NCBI GenBank assembly: GCA_051294375.1
Contig: CM119268.1
Location: 11,905,585-11,969,584 of the forward strand
Direction: 5' to 3'
Length of the DNA: 64,000 nt
Source: Paraspadella gotoi
Taxonomy: Eukaryota; Animalia; Chaetognatha
The position numbers and the translations under genes were made by a program. Each line of letters opens with the position of its first letter. Position 1 is the first letter of the stretch. The notes under the pieces were generated by a model, which saw nothing but the letters and a program-made list of their open reading frames with translations, had not been told where the DNA came from and did no database searches. Below, piece after piece: positions 25,501 to 35,673 of the stretch.

Positions 25501-28500
25501 AAAAAAAAAAACACTTCATATTCCGGTCGGGTTATTAAATTATCAGTTCATCCATTTATCGATACGTACTTGAGAGTCAGCCAAAAAAAAAAGGTCAACG
25601 ACAAACGAGACTTAATTAATTTAATTATTTATGATTATAGGTTCTTCAGTCGAAGAGAGAAACAGAGAACGAAGCGGATCGGATTTTGCAGAACCACCTT
25701 CAGGATCTCAATTCCGAAAATAAGGTATAATTCATTTTTTTGATTTTTTTTTTATCGATATGATTATTAATTATATCTCATTACTATCAATTAGAGTATA
25801 TTACAATAACAAATCCTGACTCAGATTCGGACCGTGAATTTTTAATACGTATAAGAAAAGTTTTTTTTCTTCAAATAATTTCTTCAGAAAACTTTCTCCC
25901 ACGAACTGACAGATTTCTCAACACACTAACAATTAAAACTAAAAAGGTCACTCGGCGCAAACAAAGAAAGTCTCACTCTTTTCCTTATCTTCAGCGACTT
26001 CACGACGACATCGACGAACTTACCCTCGAAATAGAAAGACTCAAACAAAAGAATCGCGGATTTCGTCGTCGACGAGTTTCCGCGAAGAGTCTCAAGTCGG
26101 CGCTGGCGTCGGACGCGGCCAAGTCGGCGGCGAAAGGGCCGAGAAAGACAAAAGGGCAACGAGAGAAGAGGAGCGTGATGTACGGAGACGACGATTCAGG
26201 TACTCTAAATATTTAGGCTAAGTAGATCATTATTAGTTAAAAATACAATTTATAAGGGCGACTTCCCCTCCATTGCTACGTACCAAAGAGAGATATCTTT
26301 CTTTTTTTATAATATTAATAATTAATAGAGTAAAAGAGTGCCATCGTTAATCCTTTCCCCTTTCGCGCACAGAGTCGTCGACGTGCGATTCCGAAGCCGA
26401 CGTCCTAGAACCATCACATCCCGACGATCGATCGCTCACTCTCACAACAAGAGACTCTTTCTTCACGCCGCAAAACTCTTCACTCACGTCACGAGATTGT
26501 GGACTCACGCCATTAACCAAAGAAAACCCGAACGCCAAAACCTCATCTGTGATACCAGTTCGTCACGAGGGAGAAGGAGCTAGCGAGAACGAAGAGGATG
26601 ATGATGTCGATGCGATGACAAACATCGGTTCGGCGACCAAAGAGAAATTAGAATTATTGAAAGACAAAAACTCTTCGCTCAGGAATGAGAATTCGGGTCT
26701 GAGAGACGAAAATATTTCGCTGAAAGACCAAAATTCCACTCTCAAGGATGAAAACTCCACTGTTAAAAACGAAAATTCCACTCTCAAGGATGAAAACTCC
26801 ACTCTTAAAAACGAAAATTCCACTCTCAAAGATGAAAACTCCTCTATTAAAAATGAAAATGCCTCTCTCAAGGTCGAAAACGCCGCCGTTAAAGCGGAAA
26901 CTGAAACGCAGCTGGCGGCGCTGCGGCTCCAACTCGGCGCCGACGCCGACGACGGACTGCGGCGCGAGAGGAAACTGTCTTTGGATCTTGAAGAAAGTCG
27001 CGACAAAGAATCTCGCGCCAAAGAAGAGATGGAACTTCTCGTCGACAACGTAGCTATCGAGAAAGAAAAAAGGCTGCGCTGCGAGGAGGAGGCAGAGGAG
27101 CTGCGGGGAGCGCTGCGGGAGATCGAAAGTGCGCGCGAGGATCTTAAAAGGACGCACCTGTCCGAAATCGAGGCTAAGGACAAAAAGATCGTTATTTTGC
27201 GGGAAGAGCTTGAGTCGCTCTCTGAACGCGGATCCGACGGAGACGCGACGCTGCGGACGGAACATAGGCAGCTGAAGTCGGATCGCGACGAACTGCTGCG
27301 GGAGAAGGAAGATCTGGAGAGGCGATTGGGGGATTTAAACGTCGATCACCAAGAGTTAAAGCGGAGTCGGGGAAATCTCGAAGATCTCGATGTACTGAAG
27401 GAAGCGGGCAAACGACTCGAGGCACAACTCGCGGAGACGAAGGAAGACCTCGTCGACGCCCAAAAGAAACTGCGCGCTGCCGGAATCGAAGCGGAACGTC
27501 GGGATGAAATCCACGAAGCGCTGGAGGCGGAATTGGCAGAGGCCCGATCGAAGCTGTCGGAGGCGACGGTGGATCGAAACAGCGTCGACGATCTACTGCA
27601 AGATGTGGCCCAGTGTCATTCGGAGGAGAAGGAGAGGATCATTTTGGAGATGAGGGAGAAGGAAGAGGAGATGAAGGTGAGGGGGGATAATATTACTATG
27701 GAATGAATGAATAACTAAATTAATTAATTAATGAATTAAATAATTAATTAAAAAATAAATCTCACTATTGAATGAATGGAGAATTTATTATTAGTTTTAC
27801 CAATTTCGTAATGATTTACGTATTGAAGTTGTTTGGATAATTTTTGTAACATTTATCTATCGTTTTTACTAGAAGTAGAATATATTACACGAGTAAAAAT
27901 CCAGAAAATAACCATTAATAGTAAGTTTTCGGTCTTTGCAAATTCGACAATTGAAAGGCTTCACAAATATTAACTTCGTTTGTTATCATTTAAAAATCAA
28001 CAGGCCTTCATCGTTCGCAAGGACGAGGAGATTGGATGGTTGAGGAGCTCTCTAGAGTCGAAGAGTTTCGATCTCAAAGGGAGCGAAGAGAGAAACGACG
28101 AGGGATTGGAGACATCCTTGGGCGATCTACTTCGGCTGGAGGAAGAGGTGGAGCTGAAGGGCGCCGAGATCGGAGAGAAAGAGAAGACTTTGCAGAGGTT
28201 GGCTGGGGGGGGGGTGAATGAAAATGGCTTATGATTGAGTGAATGTTAATTGGTCATTGTTGCGAAAGAATGAAAGTCACATTTAATTGCTTTGACTAAA
28301 TGATTCGATTTATATCTGAAAGCTAACGACTGTCAAACTCAAAAATGCTTCGTTGACCTATTCAGAAATAAAATATAAATTATCATAAATTGAAAAAAGG
28401 ACAATATTTAAATAATTATCTTACGTTCAGGACCCTGAGCGAAATCTCTACGGAGAGCGAAGAGAGAAAGCGGAGAATCGAATCCCTGGAAAGGAACGAG

Positions 28501-31500
28501 GCTGAGCTGAAGGCAGACTTGACGAAGTTCGTGGATCGAGTCCGCGAGTTGGAGACTTCCCTGGAGGATGTCAAGAACGACTTTGGCGCTGAGATCGAGG
28601 AGATGGAGCGAGGGTTCGCCGAGGAGTTGAAGATGGTCAAGGAGGAGCATCTTGAGGAGTTGAGGAAGTTGGAGGAGATGAGAAAGGAGGAGAGCGAGAA
28701 GAAAGAAGAATCGGCAGATGAAAATGAAGGTAAGATTCACTCTATTTAACTGGCTACGTCGTTCTGTTCACAATTTAGTAAGAAAATTTAGACTTTCTTT
28801 TTTTCCGTGGTTTAATGGTGTAGTGGTTTAATTCAGACGGCCCCACCGGCCTTGGTTCGCAGCGTTTATAAATAATCGCAATTGATTTGCAAATGGAAAC
28901 AAATGCCACAAACACATATCTCCAAACTACTCAAAACGTTTTATTTTTTTATTTTTTTGTCTCAGATGTGGAAAATAAGATCGAGTTCATCCAAGAGAGA
29001 CACGAGATCGAACTTCGTCAAGTGGAAGAAGCTTACAGGTAAGAACCGTGAAATTTAAACTCTCTCACTAACTCGCTCAACCTCTTCTCCCTTTCTATTT
29101 AGTTTGAATAAAATATTACCAATAAATTTATATTACCATTTTCTTCACTGTATTTTCTGGACAGAATGGAAATCACGACGCTCGAAGATTATCACAAAAA
29201 CGAACGTGAACACATGATAGAAGAAGCTCAATTACGCGAGGTGAGTTAAAAGAAAAGATACTCACGACTGTGCAAATTTAAATACAATTTCAAATTAACG
29301 AAAAGGAGTAAAATATTTTGAATCTACAGTTTATAACAAGTAATGTCGAGTTAAAAATGTGGAACGTTAAGAGTTTCTAATCCAAATTAACGACTCTCAC
29401 TTTTCGGGTCGCTTTCATTCAAAATTTAAATGAACGGGTGACGCGGACTGTCACACGATCGTCACAAATAAAACGAATTAGCCGATGGCCGGGCAGCGTC
29501 GCCCGTCTCGTCTCCCGCGGTGTAAGGCGGCAGCGTTTGAGGTCCCCAGACCGATATGGGGGTGTTCCACAAGCTGGTGACGGACACGGAAGGGTAAATG
29601 CCCGGATCTCGGTCCGGATGTAACTGAAGGTGCAAGTCCACCATGTCCGATTGGGCGTCCACGGCGTCCACGTGCGCCGACGTCTTTAGAGATCAAAATT
29701 ATCATTATAATTGGCCGTTTAACTTTAAATTTTATTATCAATTTACTAATTAAAAATCTCTATAAATCAACTCACCTTGGTCAAAACTTGAACTGCTTTG
29801 GCGTGAAAGGAGATGTTGATGCGAAGGAATTCTAAAAGAGCTGACTTCAAGTCTCTCGTCCGCTGCCTCTCAAAGTCGAGCATCTGATCGTCGAGATTCT
29901 TGCGCAGCTGCGCCGCGACGCTTGATTGCTGCGCCAGTCGCCGCTGCATCTGAGAAACTTCGAAAGATCCCAGAGAACCTGAGAGTAAAGTACGGTGAGA
30001 TTAGAGAAGGTGAGTTTTACTCGGTTTTATGGAATTGATTCGAGTTGACTCACCCTGTCGAGGCGACTGCTTCATCCGCGCGTCGAGCTTCTTGTAGAGG
30101 TCTTGCTGTCTCTCCCACGCCTTCTCCTTCTGCTGCACCAGGCGGAGGCTTTGGCGCAGACCTGTCTGTACTTGCTGAGCGGGCGGACGACTTTTGCTTC
30201 GGACCGCGAGACCAAAGCATGTCTGGAGATGAAGAAAAGCGCTTTACTCGTCTTATTTCATCACCTTTTTAGTCGTCTTCAAACTTACCTGTAGTCCTGA
30301 ATGAGCGCCACAGCCTCGGACGTCGATCGCAGCGCCGCTTGCGACGTCTTTTGCACGGATTCGTCGTGGGCGAAGTTTAAGAGCGCCGCTGCAAGATCGT
30401 CGCCTCGATCGCGAAGTCTGGCGGCGAAAACCAAGTATAGTACAAATATAGGTGTCATCAACGTGATGGACTTATAGACGGACTTAATCGGCCTTGTAAT
30501 GTGACCAATCTAGTTTATCTATAGTAATTTAAGAAAATTTGTTATTCTGGTAGGATGTATCATGTGGAGAGATTTTAGAGAGAATGGTGAGTGGAGAGTG
30601 GTCATGATTGTAAAGAGTCTCTGATGTAAGTGGGTGTAAGATCTCTGATTGATCAGCTGTTTGATCATTCGAAAAGAAGACGACCAATCACATCACCAGA
30701 CCGTCTAGATGTCCATGCCTTACCTGGCCTCCTTTCGGTTCACCGCCGCAAATATTTGCACCAAATTCCCGACTCCCACTTCAGTTTTTCTGATGAGATC
30801 TCGAATCTTTTTTCCCTCGTGATTTCCGGCGTCTACTCCGCTGCCGAAGCTGCTGCCGAGAGCGTCGTCCGGGCGAAATGATACGCTGGCGTCGACCGAG
30901 CCGCTGACGTCGCTACGCGAACTTTGGGATCGTTGCGTGTTCATGACTTTATTTTTCGCGTCCGGGTATTTTTTTTACAGCATTTTTGAGTATTTGATGA
31001 ATTGGGTCAAAGTGAAAGGGTGAGAAAGTCTTTTACTCTTTGTGAGTCGGAATTTTGCTTCGATTTCGGAGCATTTTTGAGCTTGCGAGCAGTGAAAAAA
31101 AAAGAGAACTGGCTTACTCCGTTTCCATAGCAACGGAGCGAGTGCAGAATTCGAAGGGAAGGGAAGGACGACGAAGAAGACGACGAGCTCTTCTCGTTTG
31201 AAAATAAAGCGAATTAAACGATATTAAAACGTTATTTATTTACACAAAGTACAATATTATAAACACAATGTTTATAAAATCTACCTAACAGTGCGAGAAG
31301 ATGATGATGAGAACAATGACAACATTTTTTATTTGTACACTTTAACCTTGACTAATTTTTCACTTCAAAATAATTACAACGGAATTTTTTTTTTTCTTAG
31401 GACGAATTGATTTCGAAATTCGAGGATACGCTCCGCCAACGACTCGGCGAACAAGAAACTCGACTTCAAACCCTTTCGCAGCAGCATGCGAGCGAACAGG

Positions 31501-34500
31501 AGACGCTGCAGCAAAACCGCTTGCAGCAACGTCTGTGCGAGCAAGAGGTGTTGCTGCAAAAGGAATTTGCCACGGAGAAGCAGAAGCTCGTCGAGAAACA
31601 CGACGAAATCGTCAGGGATATCGAGGAAAAGTTCGGACGAGAAAAAGTTAATTTGGCTAAGAGGTAAGAAATTTTATGACTACAGGTTGTTACGAGGTAT
31701 TCTTAAGTTATTTTTAGTTATTTCGATATTTAGCCGATCTGGATAATTTTTTGAACCCTGCCTTTTTAATGTAGAAATATTTTCATAGGTATCAAAGGTA
31801 AGTTTATCTTACTTATTTTTTTTAAAGGCTGGAATCGGAATATAGCGACGATCTCAGCGTTCGTCTCGAAGCGATCGAATCGAAAAAACAAAAGAACAGA
31901 ATCCAAAGGGAAACTCAGACGGAAAAGATCGAAAGCGGAGATCGAGACGATAACGAGGAACAAGGTGAAAAATATCACTTTTGTTTGGGGTTGACTCGAT
32001 GGTAGCTTGGGCGATTGATCCAATGGTCACAAATTCGAATCCTTTCTTCTCCAGATTGATTCGGCGAATTTGCTATGAATCAGCGAAACTCTCACGAAAT
32101 GCGTTTTGAGTACATTAATTAATTTTTCATTAATCTATTTTATTCCTGGCGTTTTCGAAACAGATTCGACGCAAGGGCTCGCCGAGGCGGAAGAAGAGCT
32201 CCAAAGGAAAATCCAAACCATCGAGAAGATCGAAAAAGAGTTGGAGGAAAATAAGAAGGAAATGGAGGAAAAGAAAAAGGAAATGGCTGAAAGGATCGTG
32301 AAAGAAAGAATGAGGTTGAGTCACGAATTCGAGATCGAAAAGGAGGAACTTAACGAATCTTGGCGGGAAAAACTCAAAATGGCCACCGAGGACCAGGTAG
32401 GTCTTTTGTCTGTTTTAAAATTATGTAGGTTTTTTTTTCTCAAAAGAAGAGTCAAAATGACAATTTTATTGAAAAAAATAAATTAAAAACGCCATTGTTA
32501 ATGGAATGGAATGGCTCACAGTAAGCCATCAATCAAAGTGTATTTTTTAATAATTAATTTATTTTTCCAAAGGAGGAAGATTACAAAGAGCTCCAGTCTC
32601 GATACGAATTCGTGAGCATCGAGAAATCTGCGATGGAGGATGAAGTCGCCAAACTCAAATCGGAAAGGAGCAGGAGCGACGGGAAGTTGCAGGAGTCGGA
32701 GGAAAGGAGCAGAGAGTTGGAGCAAAAGATTTTCGCTTTGAGGAGAGACGTCGACGAATTGGGAAGAGTAAGAAAATTAGTTAAAGATACAATTTAAAAT
32801 AGTGTTTAAAGTTTTATCTCTCGACCATTTATGATAATTTTAAGAATTAAGTTACGATGGGTTTACATTTGTCATAATCAGGAGAAAACGGACGTCTTAA
32901 GCAAACTGGAATCAGTAATTGCGGAGAACAAGATGACGATTGAAAAGAGAGAAGCTTTGGAAAAAGAATTAAGAGAGAAACAAGTTGAGATGGAGTCATT
33001 GCAAGAAGAACTCAAGACGACCGTGCAAATAAAGGGTGAGTGGGGGAGGGGATAAGAGGCAATTCGTTTAGTATAGTAAAATTAAATTTATCTTTTTATA
33101 ACAGACGAAACAATCGACAAAATCCAACAAGAATATCAAGAATTTTTTAAAACCAGCGAAACTGATCAGGTGAGCGAATGATGAAATTCATATTCATATT
33201 CATATTCATATTCATTTTTACGTTTGAAGCACTTTTTCATTGTTGATTTGGTAAATATTATTTCTAACTCAAAGATGTCACAATTAACATCTTTTTAGAT
33301 ATCAGTATATTCCCTGCGATAAAAACGATATAGAATAAACCGAAAGGAAACTGGAAGCCGAATTGGTTTAATATTACAAAAATTACAAAATATGTGTATA
33401 ATCAATGAAGATGCAAATGTTACAATCATGGTCGATTAAAATGATACGGAATTTAAAAAATCAGTCGATCGAAACATTTATACTTCCGCCCGATTTGGTT
33501 CATTTCTTTCTCGTTGTAAGGGATTTCCGATGTAATCGTAGCTCACGTGGCCGTTCCACCCGTCAGTTCGTAAGTCATACACTTCATTTCCGGCGACGCC
33601 GCCGCTGCTGCGTCCGTCGCGTCGGCAGCTTCCTGCAGCAGCGACGACGCTCGTCGAAGGATGCGTTTCGAAAAGGATTCCTGGTTTTGGTTTTTTGTTT
33701 TTTTTTTTGCCGAAAATTAAAAATAAATTGTTATTGTTGTCATCGTCTCTTCCTTTGCTTGCACATCAGCGATCGATTTTTTGTGCGCCTTTGCGTCCTT
33801 CGCTCGATATATCGACTTTTTGAAACAATCTCCATGAGTGAAACAAATTGCTTCCATGAAGGTCAGTTTGAAAACCGTTGAAACTTCAGCTTTCGCTTAG
33901 TTTTTTTTATTCATAAACTATTAAAGTTAGGCATGAAGAGACAGTAATTATTGATAAGTGTTAATGACAGAACCGTTCAATATAAGCAGTCCCTGAGCTT
34001 CGGATCAGACTGTAACACCATGTTACAGGCGGGTAAAGCGCCCCGTCCCTCTTAACTGCCAGACGACCACCGGGCTAGAACCCCGGACCTTTGGGTTGGG
34101 AGGCGAATGACTTGCCTCCAGCACCAATGGCCGCTGATGAACGGTTGGTGGATTTTAGTCCACCATAGGCATAAGTTATTCGCGTTATTGTCATTTATTC
34201 ACCTGAGACTGTAGCTTGGTTACGCGCGTTTGAGGTTTAGACTCTCCCTCCGATTCATCTGGTATTTAAAATAAAATATATTACCATATTGTCGATATGT
34301 TTGATTGTGCTTTCTACAGACGAAGTGAACAGTTTTTCACACCTGATTTGGAGCTGAGTTTTCTCAATCGTTTCACGAAATTGTTCGAGTTCGAACGACT
34401 TTTTGGGCATTTCTCTTCGTCTTTTGTCGAAACTGGTTGAAAAGGTGTCAAGTTAACATTTTAACTTTGATTAAGAGTTGACTTTCTCTTTGGAATTTTT

Positions 34501-35628
34501 CTGTTGTAATTCGACTTCTCACCGGAATCTTGGGCGCCACGACATTTTTTCGTATCCTCCTGGTATTTTGTAGCCATTTTTTTAGGTTTTTTCAAATATC
34601 TGTTCAGATCGTTGATTTTTATTGGCGTTATTCCGAGTTGGAACTAAAAAGGGAAAACAATCATTGAACATTGAACAAGTCGCTTTCTTCCACTTGGCAT
34701 TTGAAAAATTTCTCTTTGGCACCGAATATGTTAAAATTAAAAATAGGCGACCCAAACACTGGAGTGGCTCGAGCAAAGGTTAATAGTCTTGATTCTAAAT
34801 TCCTAGTATCCGAAGCTTTTACGCACTATCTCCGCTTTTAATTGTTTTTGTTCCTGTTTAATAGGAAACCGGTTGAACTTTAGAAATTATTTTATTTTGT
34901 TTTTTTGGACAATAAAATTTCAATTTAAATACAGCTTAAATAGTTAAGAAGAGTTTTCCCGTTTCTAAATAAAATTTATCGTTGAAATTTATGGTTATAT
35001 TATAATCGGAGTTAATTTTAAAAAAAATAAATTATGTCAAAAAGTTTTGGCGCAATGTAAGTATTAAATTAAAAAATGGTCAAAACGGAGGTTAATTTCG
35101 ACTGAATAGATTAGCCTAGTCACTAGGCGAAGACTGGAATCTCGTTCGTCTCGACGCGAGATATAAAAAGGGAGGAAGAGGAAGAAGAAATTACAGAAAG
35201 TGTGTAACTGTTATCTTTTTCGGTTACCCTAAACTGACGAAGGGTCAGGATGACAGTTAAAATTAAATTCAATCAAATACTGTCGCTCGATAATATTTTT
35301 TTCGTAAAACTAAATTGAAAACGGCTTTTTTAAAAAAAAAATTAACATAAAAATATATATCCGTGAGATAAATTGCCATACTAATTGTTTGATTAAAAAC
35401 GTTTCTTTCTGGTACATAGACTATGAGTAAACTGTAGCAAACCTGAACTTGTGATGGGATTGTGATGGGATTGTAATGGGATTTTCCCAGTAAAGAAAAC
35501 GGATGTGTTTTTTAATGACTTTTTTCTCCAAGAAACTTCTCTCTGCGCAAAACAAGTCTGTTTCTAAATTGACTCGATCCGGTTCTACCTTTAGTTTTGG
35601 ACAAGTTTTCTCTAAACTCTCAAATCTC

Positions 35629-35673
<45 letters not shown>

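Noticed and set aside
34063-34134. Functional tRNA-Gly
   Set aside because: The anticodon stem does not pair and the T-loop is non-canonical, so it is treated as a tRNA-derived repeat.
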